From positions 43,214,001-43,278,000 of the forward strand of contig OX597830.1 in the NCBI GenBank assembly GCA_951406725.2: 64,000 bases of DNA, in the 5' to 3' direction. The notes below the pieces were generated by a model. The model was not told where the DNA came from, did not search any database, and worked only from the letters and a program-made list of their open reading frames with translations. The stretch's first letter is position 1. Every line of letters starts with the position of its first letter. Of the stretch, positions 42,550-55,127 are shown in pieces. The position numbers were made by a program, and so were the translations under genes. The DNA is from Octopus vulgaris. Its lineage: Eukaryota.

Positions 42550-43967
42550 GAGTGAGAGAGCAGTGCATGCCATCAAAGTGACACTGGGGTACAATTTACG
42601 AAACGCAGTATACCCATCATGACTACCCATCCATATTCTGACTTGCAGAATATGGATGGAAAGATCCGTAAAATCCTTACAAGGTACCGAATGCACCATT
42701 CAAAATCAGATGTGGACAGGATTTATCTCTCAAGAAAAATAGGTGGAAGAGGCCTGATACAGCTCGAACAATCCTAAGTGATGTGCTCTTACGAACGGCA
42801 CTGAAGCATGAAGATTCCAAGCAAGCTTAGTAAGAAATTTAAGTTAACAATAAGAATGACCAAAGACACCCACGTACTGACAGACCTAGCATTGCTTCTC
42901 CTGATTTAGGAATTAACAATCAGAAAGACCAACGAGATCCAAATAGTGACAAACCTATCACTAATGCAAGAAAAAAAATCAAACAAAAGCAAAGAAGGCT
43001 TACATGAATAATATAGAAGACAACTGGAAAGGCAAACTCCTGCATGGAAAATACCCTTACAACTTGTCCACAATCTAACACACCAATGGCTACAAGGGAC
43101 AGGTCTGAAAGGAGAAACAGAAGGTTTTGTTATTGAAGCGCAAGATCAGAGCTTACCTAGCAGAAACTACCATGCAAACATCCTTAAGGATGAATCTGAG
43201 TCCCTCGTGTAGAATTTATGAAAAATTCAGACAATTGATTGTGTTGTTTCTGGCTGTTCAGTCCTTTCTGAAAAAGAGTATCCCATAAGACATGACTGAC
43301 TAGGGCAGTACATCCACCGGAATGCTTGTAAATACTACAAAATTAAATCCCATGGTAAGTGATGCAGGCACCATCCAGAGGATATAGCAAATGGTGAGGG
43401 CGTCACCGTTCTTTGGAACTTACCAATACAAACAGACAAAAAAATTGACTCTAATCGACCAGACATTGTGATCAAGGACTACAACAGAGGAACTTGTCTG
43501 TTAATTGATATGTCTGCCTCACAAGGTCAAAATGTTTCAAGAAAAGAATACGAAAAGTGATTTCATATCAAGATAAACAGCGCATGACCTTGCAGGTGGG
43601 GCCCAGTTAGAATTTTCTTAAGATCGATTAGCTCACCCGCTCAAAAGATCCCTGAATAAGGTTTGTTTAAGGATGCTGAACGAGCCACCCATGGTCAATT
43701 ATTCAAACCCCAAAGAATTCCTCTCAACGCATGGTTATGATGCTCCCCCACTAATTCTGCTAGTGATCAGGGATACACGTATCGTCAACTATTAAGGGAC
43801 ATGTTCAACTAGTTAAGGTCAAACAACTGACAAGCAAATTTGTGATATTGAGGAGAATATTTGCTGTAGCCCATCTTTTATACCAAGACAAAGCAATGTA
43901 CATGATAACACTTCCAATCAGTTAAGGTCAGAAGCCATGAGAGCCACTGTCTGGTACTGCATCAGGG

Positions 43968-43970
<3 letters not shown>
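42550..43970 (-). mobile_element. (TAA)n-embedded retroposon interrupted by an R4/Dong ORF fragment
   Basis: 42550-42631 and 43557-43970 match the 16695-17251 element. Confidence 0.85.
42632..43556 (+). mobile_element. R4/Dong-clade non-LTR retrotransposon fragment (post-RT, CCHC finger, restriction-like endonuclease)
   Basis: KIRKILT..RMHH.KSDVDRIYL.RK.GGRGL, WK.K.LHGKY, WL..GLKGETEGF...AQDQ.L..RNY, TI..V.SGC..L...EY..RHD, LWN.PIQTD..I..NRPDIVI.D....C.LID; several stops. Confidence 0.9.
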
Positions 43971-44024
<54 letters not shown>

Positions 44025-44028
<4 letters not shown>

Positions 44029-44266
44029 TAGTTTTATTTTTATTTTTATAGCGTGCTTTCACTTCACTACCGAGCGCAGCTCTGTGTGCCTTGGGTATGT
44101 GCTGTGATTTGTTGTGATGCTCTGATGGTTATTGTATGGAAAGTGTTCTGCGTAGGATGTGTGCAGTGCCTAGTAGTGCAATTTTCTGTATGTTATATGT
44201 GTTTGTAAGTCCTGGTGTTTTTGTTATGTATTTGTCTGAATATTTTTTTATCATGCCTAATGCACC

Positions 44267-44268
<2 letters not shown>
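44025..44268 (-). mobile_element. R4/Dong-clade 3' end inserted in (TAA)n
   Basis: GALGMIKK..DKYI..TPGL.N.YNIQKIALLGTAHILRRTLSIQ*, then a short UTR and (AAT)n. Confidence 0.88.
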
Positions 44269-44333
<65 letters not shown>

Positions 44334-44348
44334 TCATCATCATCATCA

Positions 44349-44421
<73 letters not shown>

Positions 44422-46541
44422 TATTATTATTATTATTGTTATTATTATTATTATTTTCTTTGATATCGGCTAAATAACAAATACATACCGATTGACAACC
44501 AGTTACCTAGGACAGACATTGTAGTGAAATAATTGCTCAACATAGTTTCAGCCTCTGGCCCAGTTAGGTTAAGAAAATAACATAGAACGAAAGTTTTTGA
44601 GAATATAGAAGACGAGGATAAAAAGTTACGTTGAGTGTGGGTCGAAGTGTTTTTTTTTTTTGTTTTTTGATTTTGTATTTGTTAGATTTTCCTGAGATTT
44701 CTTTTCAAGGAAACCTCTATTATCATATTTTCCTTTTCAGCGAGGACATTGGATGGTAAAATGTAGAAAGTGACAGAAAAATGCGCTGTGGTATTCAGTT
44801 TTGTCGTAATATGTTTAAAAATTCATTACCAATGCCGTAAGACAAGTCTGTCTTCTGCTACAAATGGATTTTTAAAATCTCCTTTGACGTTATCGAAATT
44901 GTCATAAGAAGCACGATGGACTATGCAAAACCAAAACAAATAACAACAACAAGCGTTCAGTTGATCTAGACTTTGCAAAGAAATGGAAATTTTGAAGAAA
45001 TAACTGCGAAAACTCATTTGAAGATTATTATTGCAAAAAAAAAAATCAGCAAAAAAAACCCCAAAACGGTAGTCGTGTAGGTAGCAAGGCGAACAAGGTT
45101 TGTCAGACAATAACTTACAAAAAAAATTTCAGTTAGCTGAGAATTGGAAGCAAATGTCACTTGCAGAACGAAGAATGCAGCAATTGAGAACGATTTGTAT
45201 TAAGATCTGCCTGGACAGCCATATTGCTTTGTTAGTGATTTTTCATGCCAGCGAAAAAGCATAAAGCTACTAAACTGTTTCTACCAACCAACGATGTTTC
45301 TTGCATAATATAAGTGTTATATACAGATCTCTCTCCGTCCCCTCTCTCTCTCCCTTAATCTTCTACACTTTCATCGGTTTCATTAATCAAACTGCAGCTA
45401 TGCTGCCACAGTTGCCTGCAACAGTTTTACTCAGACATATCGAGCGCAATGCATATTGTACTTGACGGTGCACACGAAGTGCTTTTTATATTTTTAAATG
45501 TACCAAAGAATTGCCCTATGTCTTATGCGGTTGTATTACGGATAAGAGACCAAGTGCCATTGACTTGGGAGTCGGATGAGCATAAGTCTGCTAGGCCCAA
45601 TAATTGTTACTAATAATATTGGGAAAAAGCCAAATCCTCGCAGACTGTCAGAACAAAATTACAAAACTTGTTTATGGTATGTCGACAGTTATGTGGGGAG
45701 GTAGCATCATCTCAGTACACCTCCTTCCTCAGCATACATAGACCACACCTGATATTTGTTTTATATTATTTATTGACTGTGTTACCTTTAAGAAACATTT
45801 GTTTATTTATCGAAATAAAAATTCCTCTAGAAAATGAAATGAATGTTAAACTCGCATCCCCTGATCAGCTATTTCCAACGAGTGGATAACAACAAAACTA
45901 TAGCGATGGTACACGACATGTTCTAAAATAAGTCGAAAGGTAAGCTATAAATCGGAACGAACTTTCCGGACAACCTAATATCTTGCGTAGCAATTCTCTA
46001 AACCAGAATATAAACAATTATATATATAGTCGATCAAGTTGAAATACTGTAATCGTAAATTACTAGCAATCATGGTGGCGAAAGTGCCGAATTGTCAGCA
46101 TGTCAGATTAAAAAGCTCAGTGGCATTTTTTCTGACTTTACGTTCTGCGTTCAAGTACTGCCAAGGTCACTTTTGTATTTTATCCTTCCAGGGTCGATAG
46201 AATAAATATCAGTTGAGTACTGGAAACAATGTAATCGGCTGGTCCCCTACTTCAAAATTTTAGGCTTTGTGCCTATGATAAAAAGTAAAAATAATTTAAT
46301 ATTGGCGGGAAGACAGTGAGTTGGTCGAGTTGTTAGCATATCGGAGGAAATGCTTAGCGACATTTCTTTCATCTCTCTTCGTTCTGAGCTCAAATCCCGT
46401 TGAGGTCAACTTTGCTTTTCGTCCTTTCAGAATCGATAAGATAAAGCACCAGTCAAGTAATAGGATCGATGTAATCGACTGACACTTTCCGCTCAGAATT
46501 ATTGGCTGTGTGTCAAAAGTAAAAAGAATCTCATGTCGATA

Positions 46542-46730
46542 CCGTATTTTCCGACATAAAAGTCGAATTTTTCTAACCAAAATTTACTATAAAAAAAACC
46601 CTCAAGAAAACTACAAGCCGACATTGGAGGACCAAAAATTCTATGTGAAATGCAACAAGATTTGGAAAGGTTGAATGTTTGCACATGTTTACACAAAATA
46701 TAACATCGACTTATATGTTGGAACGTACGG
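46542..46730. mobile_element. Tc1/mariner-pogo type MITE
   Basis: ta|CCGTATTTTCCGACATAAAAGTCG ... CGACTTATATGTTGGAACGTACGG|ta. Confidence 0.75.
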
Positions 46731-47272
46731 TATGTGTTCCATAAGTTTGTTTTTTATAATTATTTTTGAAAATTATTCTAGGGTTCCGCCTCAAAACAAC
46801 TTTGGAAACCACTGCGTCATAATGTATGATACGATCGTCGATTTTCGGTCCACATGGGTGACGTAAAACATGTCCAACCTGGATAGCATGTATTATTATA
46901 CACGCCCCTAATTTTAATCTTGTTTCTGGTGAGAAAATGTGTATTCTAATTGGGTTTTACAGTACTTTCATTTGTGACTGTTGTTCTTCTGTCTCACTTT
47001 TCATTCCTAGAAAACGGCGATGTTGCTGTCAATAGCAACAACAACAACAACAACAACAACAACAACGTGTTTTGACACTTATTGTTGTTTCTTTGCTCTC
47101 AATAAATACTCCAGTATGACGACAGTAGCTTTAGAATTGGGGTCAACTTATCTTTTTCCTTTTTATTCAGTTTCAGAGAGATAGAGCATTTCTCATTCAA
47201 CATATATGTACACACACACGCACACACACGCACATACACACGCACACTGATGCATATGTAAGTATATATGTA

Positions 47273-47356
<84 letters not shown>

Positions 47357-48587
47357 CAGGGTGTCCCAAAAAATGTATGCACACTTTAAACAATTGTAAA
47401 GTAGTTGTTTATTAAAAGACACTTCATTTTCAAAATTTAATAGAATCTACAGACATTATTTTATTGTTTTGTCAATGCCTGTTTTCAAACTGATGTCCGG
47501 TCTGGTCCAGGCACTGCTGACAACGCAAAGGAATGGAATCACAAATATCACAAAAGAATTTGTTTGGTATTTGTGTGCACTCTCGTCCAATGACTGCTCT
47601 CAAATCAGCGACTTATATGTTTCATAGCGTAGAATTTGTCTTTAAGGTATCCCCATAAAAAAGTCTAGTGGTGTGAGGTCTGGTGAATTCAACCAATCCA
47701 CCTGTTTAGCAAGATCTCATCAAGGAAGGATCTAACATAGCAATGGTAGTGTGGGGGTGCCCCATCTTGCTGAAAATAAAACTCCTCATCTTCAAAGTCT
47801 TCTCTAATGCTTGGCATAACAGACTGTTGCAACAAGTTCAAGTAAACGGGACCAGTCACAGTAGCATAACAAAAGAATGGTCCAATTAATCCTCTTGATG
47901 ATAAACCACACCACACAAATATCAAATTAACATGGTGTTTCACCATAACATGCAGATTCTCAGGACCCCAGTAGGTGCAATTGTGGCAGTTAATTGAACC
48001 ATTTAATTTGAATGTGGCTTCATCACTCCACACAATCTTTGTTGGAAAGTGTGCAGCTTCTACACATCGTTCCAAGTACCACTCGCAATGCTGCACTCTT
48101 TCGTCTGGATCATCATCATTAATAGCATGGACTAATCTTGGAATGTAACTTTTCCATTGACAATGCTTCAAAATGCATTGGACAGATGATTTTGGAATAC
48201 CTACCTCATGACTCGCTTTGCCGCACAGATTTTCTTGGACTTTGGTGATTCATTTCCAGTACTCCTTGCTTTGTTGGGGTTGTTGATGTTCGGGGTCTTC
48301 TGGAATGCTTATCGTGGACATTCTGAACAGTTCCATCAGCTTCAAACTTACCTCTAATTCAAGTGATAGGGAGTTGCATTGGTGGATCTGTTTGAAACTC
48401 CCTCCCCAACTGTTTTTGCACTTCAACTGCATTTTCACACTTCCAGTATCATTTTAGAATGAATTTTCTTTGTTCAAAGCTTAATCTGACTGCCATCATT
48501 AAATCCAATAGGTTTCATCTGGAAAGAAAAAATATCAATTGAGTTATCAGCTGCTAAAGTGTGTATACATTTTTTGGGGACACCCTG
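47357..48587 (-). mobile_element. Tc1/mariner transposon (rosa/DD41D-like) with a decayed transposase
   Basis: TIRs CAGGGTGTCCC.AAAAAATGTAT.CACACTTTA, TA TSD; [45 protein letters not shown]; frameshifts. Confidence 0.93.
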
Positions 48588-48631
48588 TATATATGGATGT
48601 ATGTATACATATACATGTATGTATATTTATG

Positions 48632-48669
<38 letters not shown>

Positions 48670-48765
48670 TATATATAACGCAAACATAGATATGTATGTT
48701 TTCGTGGTTGTTTTTATTGCTGTTGATGTTTCCATCGTCTTTGTTGTTGTTGTTGTTGTTGTTGC

Positions 48766-48850
<85 letters not shown>

Positions 48851-49496
48851 GTCAAGATAAAGATCATACTGCCATAAAAAAAAATATGTTCAGTTTGAAG
48901 ACACAGTAACAAAGAAGACAAAACAGAGGGAGAGAAATCAGAGCGCAACTAATTCTATAATCAATAAGAGAATATATGGCGCAGTAACTATTTTGATGTA
49001 GATTATACTAAACAGTTTTGTTGTTGATTGGAAATTTTGGGAATTAATTATTCAGTTTCGTAATCAGTTTTAATATTTAAAATCTTACTTGAAAAAATAA
49101 ATAAATCATAGTTTCCGTCCCCTATATTTTAAAGCAATTTTTTTACATTGTTCCATCCATTTCTTCTGATTCACTTATTATTCTATATATTAACTCTTTG
49201 AAGCAGAAAGCGGATATATCCGCTCAAAATCTTATTACTGTTAACTGCAGAGAGTGATTTTTACCATACAGGTTTGAAAAAAGAAAATAAAAACCCTCGC
49301 TTTATGGTGAAAGAAGCGGAGACATCCCCATTGAGACTTTTCACAAAAGATAAGTTTTCAGAGTTTTCTTAACTTTTTGCAAATGTTTCATCAAATGTCT
49401 TCTTTTTTTTTTGTTACAGAGCAAGAATCAAACAAAATTAGAAATATTGCATTTTTAAATCTCTCATAGAGAGTTATACAGCAACAGCACGATAAA

Positions 49497-49882
49497 GTGG
49501 TGGTTTGTTGCTAACTTAATGTGGCAGACCTAGGAAAGGGAAGAATGCTACTGCTATTTAGCCTTAGGAAACACCGTTTCTAGTTGGCTACGTGACACAA
49601 GCGTTCTGTGTCTTTAAGTTTTCAAACAGGGGAGATAAGCACCTCCACTCAACAAAGCCAGCATTCAGAGACTAATTTCAGGGATGTTGCTCTTCATCAG
49701 TCTGGAATAGCTTGGCCTTACTAGCTGTCGGTGTTAACTCGCTGTTGAAAACTTATAGAATTTCAAGTGAAATAAATTCACTGATCTACAGCAACTAGAA
49801 ACGATGTTTTTGGGGGGCTAAATAGCAGTAGCATTCTTCCTTTACCTGGGACTTCCACATTAAGTTGGCAACAAACCATTAC
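49497..49882. mobile_element. MITE with ~90-bp imperfect TIRs
   Basis: tggtttgttgctaacttaatgtgg..aagaatgctactgctatttagcc..gtttctagttg is mirrored at about 49790-49878. Confidence 0.8.
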
Positions 49883-51220
49883 AAGAATCAAACACTTTTA
49901 GTTTTTGTTGGTGGATATGAAAACTGTATTCACGGGAGACACTAAAATGTATTACAGAAGCAGAATATATCAACTCTATTTTATGGTGGCTAATTGACAT
50001 CATTACGAGAACGACCATGAAATTTAATAACGCAGTCAAAGGGCTAGAACAAACAGCGAGGAAGGTGAATAAGGAAATCTTTAAAATAGCGAATAAAAAT
50101 ATGGATGATAGTATTTTAGTGACGTCACGCTACGCTCTCACATTTCGCTGGGATTTTCTTTGCCTTTCAGTCTTCTGCGATCGATAAAATGAACTAGATT
50201 TAAAACTGCTTATGCCCTCCTTAAAAGATGCGAAACTTCGTATTCAGGGAAATTCATACAAACAATACACACACCGGGAATGAAATGGTTCGGCGTAAGC
50301 TTGTTTGGTTTCATGTAATGTTTGTCTATGATGACTCTGCGTTATGAGAGAGAACATTGATACAATACGAACGAAAATATCAACGGTAATAAAAATGTAT
50401 AATATTAAAATATTTGTTAAAAGGAATGTTACAAAGTGTATTCCGTTGAGAGAATCGTACAATTCAGAAAATATCTTCAGTTTAGGATAATCGATGTCGA
50501 ACTAAGTACATAACTGATTCTAGATTACTAAGGGACGTGAATACTCCATCGCTATGGTTTATAGTACGTTGTCCTAAATCTTTATTCTATCATAAAGATG
50601 ATTAGCATCCTTCTGACAGATTCATGAATAAGTTTTCCCTTTTGCGGCAACAACACTGACTAGCATATGCGCGTTCGATTCATTCTGCCGGAGCGTATAA
50701 AATATGCGATTCATCATTAATACAAATAACGATTTTTTTTTTGTATTATAGTAACGCTTAAAAGATATGAGACAGATAGACAAATAGGATACAACGCATA
50801 AATGAAAAAAATGTTTGTTATATATTGCTAATTAAATGTTTGACATCACGCCAGGAGAGTTTTCGTTTGGTCTAGGAATTTATGTGATTATATCAGCCAC
50901 ACTTTCAGAGAAATGTGAGCAATACTCGAACATGAGTTGCACAAGAACGTCGAAAAGCACAGTAACCTTTGGAGTCTGAAGTATTTTCTTTCGCAGAAGA
51001 AGAGACAAAGCCTCTGCAATTTGAACAATCATTTAGGAAATTTTATGCATTTGGGCAAGTTCTTATGCCATGGGATGGCATGGTGGTAGGAAGAGAATAG
51101 TGACGTCTGAAACATATTTCAAATCTATTATGTATTTATAGCAAGTATGATTAAATTAGTAGTAAAATACATTTATCGAAAACTATTTCATTGTCCCCTC
51201 TCTGTCTCTCTTTCTCTCTG

Positions 51221-51288
<68 letters not shown>

Positions 51289-51331
51289 TGCATGTATATA
51301 TTATATTATATTATATATATATATATATATA

Positions 51332-51712
51332 CTAGCAGTATCGCCCGGCGTTACTCGGGTTTGTAAGGGAAATAACTATATAAGCATTTTTAGAGAGTTA
51401 TAGCCAAAAAATAGCAAAAAGATGCATTAAAAATGGAAAAAAATGATGGTAAATTTTTTTTTAAATCGTTGACTCATCGTAGACATGTTTAGAGAGTAAC
51501 TTCCCTTATATAATAGCGAAAAAACGCATTAAAATGGAAAAAAATATTTTAAAAATCGTAGACTCATCGTAGACGCGCGCTAATACCCAGAAGGGCTCGA
51601 TATGAATCACGACTATAAGATACTCGCTTTTGGTTACACTGCACCGCAAAATGTGGGAGTAGTTAGGAATCTAAATCGTAGGAGACAGACACACAACTTG
51701 ACTTTTATATAT

Positions 51713-51717
<5 letters not shown>
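51332..51717 (-). mobile_element. Non-autonomous Helitron
   Basis: The minus strand starts (c)CTTTATATATAAAAG and ends with a GC-rich hairpin cccgagtaacgccggg followed by CTAG|T; inserted in (AT)n with no TSD. Confidence 0.85.
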
Positions 51718-51758
<41 letters not shown>

Positions 51759-51818
51759 AAGCTAACATTTGTTTTTATAAGCGTCGAAATGTGTATTGTA
51801 AGATACAAATAAGATGAT

Positions 51819-52490
51819 AATTACCTCCGCCTTCGCGAAGACGGAAGTATTGTTTCCAGTCGTGTTTTTTTGTTTGTCCATGGACAAGATATCTCAAGAA
51901 CCGCTGGATGAATTCGGATGAAACTTTCAGGGATGTTTGGCCTCGTGACTGGCACGAACCGATTAGATTTTGGGATCGATCTGGTACCGGACAAGGATTC
52001 TGGATTATTTTTCCTTTTCTTTTTTTACTTAATTTTTGAGAGCGGTCAGGTTCATTTTTAGTATTCTCGTTTGTGAGAGTAATCGAGTTTATTTCAGATA
52101 TTCTCATTTTAAAAATCATCTCTGGCTAATCGTTGAGAGGACGTTGGTATTGCCTTGGCGGAGGTTTGCTCTCTCTGAGTGCTCTTGTTATTATTGTTGT
52201 TGTTGTTGCAGTTGTTCGTCTATCGCCACGTATTACACATCACTCCCGTAAGTCTGTTGTTATTTCTATTGTCACGCAAAGTTATATGTTATACATTTGT
52301 TATAGATTTTGGGATTGATTCGGTACCGGAAAAGGATTCCGGGTTATTTTTCCTGTTTTTTTACTTAATTTTTGAGAGCAGTCGAGTTTATTTCAGATAT
52401 TCTCATTTTAAAAATCATCTCTGGCTTATCGTTGAGAGGACGTTGTTGTTGCCTTGGCAGAGGTTTGCGCTCTCTGAGGGCTCTTGTTTA
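51819..52490 (+). mobile_element. Helentron/DINE-1-like non-autonomous element plus a partial tandem copy (52305-52490)
   Basis: 5' attacctccgcc, subterminal inverted ggcggaggt, 3' hairpin gc(t/g)ctctctgag(t/g)gc, ending in a T-rich site. Confidence 0.75.
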
Positions 52491-52573
52491 TTTTAGAACC
52501 CAGAAACGCCGTTAGAACAGTAGAAATATTGGGCAAATTTCCCTAACAGATCGGAAAAATTTGTCAACAAACA

Positions 52574-52642
52574 GCCATGGGACTCGAACCCACATCCCTT
52601 GAAGACTCCGTCCAAGTGTTTTGCCATTAAGCTAAACTACCC
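52574..52642 (-). pseudogene. tRNA-like relic (tRNA pseudogene or SINE head)
   Basis: A box tagcttaatgg and B box ggttcgagtcc; acceptor and anticodon stems are poorly paired. Confidence 0.45.
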
Positions 52643-55096
52643 GCTGACAAAAAAAAAAAAACTTGCCTTGAACCTTCAAATGCTCATGGGCCGTGACAGC
52701 ACCTTTGTAATATGCGATGCATCTTCGACATCTAAACCTGATGAAAGGCAAACTCGACTTCGGTAGAATTTGAACTCAGAACGTAAAAGTGGACGAAATG
52801 TCGCTAAGCATTTTCTTCCTCGACATGCTAACGATTCTGTCAGTTCGCCGCCTTATATTTGTTTCTTGTAATGATATCAAAGAAAGCCGTTGTAAATTAC
52901 TGCTTGATAACTGACAGTTCTTCGCAGAAAATGTAAATGCAGAAGATGCCTTAAAAACACGTTACATATCTATTTGTCGCCAATGGTTACCAACTGCAGT
53001 GAAGATCGTTCTTATTATTCGACATTGAAAGGGATTAAAAATGAACTAAAAAGCGCTATTGGTCTAAGCAGAATATAGTGTGCATGTGAAAATTTTTCAT
53101 ATACACAGACATTTTTCGTAGATCAACAAGTTTGTTCATGCGGAATCTTGAAAATATGCTTTATTATGTACATGAACTTACTATGCAAGCAAACAGATTT
53201 GTTTTAATATCTGTTCGTATTTTTTTAAAAAATTAATATCTCCTTTATGACAAATGCTACAGGCACATCGCTACCTTAACCCAAGCTGTGTATTTACATA
53301 TGTCACTTGAGGTTATCTACTTGAAATAATGTCACTATGGTAATGCGACAAATTTAATTCCAAAATCATGAACTGAACTAACCGACATTATGTATTCATT
53401 GCTACATTTACGAAGTGTAGAACGAAGGTACTTGAACGGCATCATAGAAACTGTCGTTAAGTTGTAAGAGAAAATCACTTAACATTGTTTTACGCATTGT
53501 AGTTGTTTAATCAAGCATGGGTCGGAAATATTAATGAAAATTTTAATATCGGATTACAGGACGGCAGAATCGTGAAAGCGTTGGACAAAATGACTTGCAC
53601 TATTTTGTTATGACCTTTTACTTTCTGAGTTCAACCCACACCGAAGTCGACTTTAGTCTTTCATTTTTCCTGGGATCGATAAAATATAAAACTAGTTAAG
53701 CATTGTTTATATCTTATTTTATTTTAGCTTTACACAAATGCCCTATGTTTTAGAAAAGAGAGTGGAGAGGTAGTCATACATATGCCTCTCTCAATGAGCA
53801 CAACTGGCACAATGTAGATGCGATACAAAACTGAAAACAGAATGCAATCTCAGTGATCCAGAAGGTAATGAGATGGCAAAATCGTTTGCGCGCCGGGCAA
53901 AATGCTCAGCGGCATTTTATCCGTCTTTACATTCTGAGTTTAAATTCTACCGAGGTTCACTTTCCTATTCATCCTTTTGGGATCGATAAGTTAAGTTTAA
54001 CTTGAGCGCTGAGGTCGATGTAATCGACTTTAGCTCTAGCCCGAAATTACTGACATTGTGCCAAAATTTGAAATCAGTTATCCAGACACTGACCTTTTCC
54101 TCTCTGACACCACGACAATATATAATCTTTCCAATCACATCATGGTTTCGATCAATCGGACGGTGAATTTGCTAGACAAAAAACAGCGTGGAAGCTCATC
54201 GCGCGTGTGTTTGCGTATAGACACACACACACACACACATACGCACACACACACGCACGCACTCACTCACACACACGCGCGCGCATGCACGCAGGCACTC
54301 ACACACACACATAATACATCCAGAGATTCAGAGATGTTCAATATAGAAAACACTTAGTAGCGCTCAAATGATTTGAACTTACACTCCGAAAACTTTGCCG
54401 AGGGCTAAGACTGCGGGATAAAGAGTGGCTGTAAGAGGAAACCCGCTGAGCAGATATAGAGACAACGATGCAATTAAACAAATACAATTTCTTGGATTTG
54501 ATATACAAAATAATCATACATGTATACATGTAAACAGAGAGAAAGCAAAGACTGAAATTTTTCAGGCGATGAATTGTCGTGTATAAATATATAGATATTT
54601 ATATATCAACAGGGCAAACTTACAAAGACATAGAAAAATAAAGTGGGAAAGGTATAGTGTCACAAGTCCAACAGATGTTTCTGGGGGCTCGGAGTTACTT
54701 CATAATGTTGGCAGATGTATTTCACCAGATTATGCATCCAGGAATGGAAGCAAATAAACATTGGATAGATCCGGTCTCCGTCTTCAGGGTAGAGAGATAA
54801 AAATCAAGGCAGTGCCCCATCATGGCCGCAGTCTAATGAGTAAAATCACTAAGCAATAAAGAGTTCGGCAAAATCTGTGACCGAACCGAGGTTTTGGTTA
54901 TTACATAGAACGCAGTTTAGACATCCATCACAGCGAGTTTCTGCCATCTCGCAGGGTTTTACGTAATTGAAACAGAAATGTGATGTCATTGCACACGTCC
55001 ATAATATACAGATTAGAATCCAATTATCAACTTTAGCGATTATGAAACGTCTAGAAAGCTTAGATCATCAGCTATGATTGATGGCCATGCATCTTG

Positions 55097-55127
<31 letters not shown>

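Noticed and set aside
45130-45215. LAENWKQMSLAERR, a faint HMG-box resemblance
   Set aside because: Too short, with stops nearby and no convincing splice sites.
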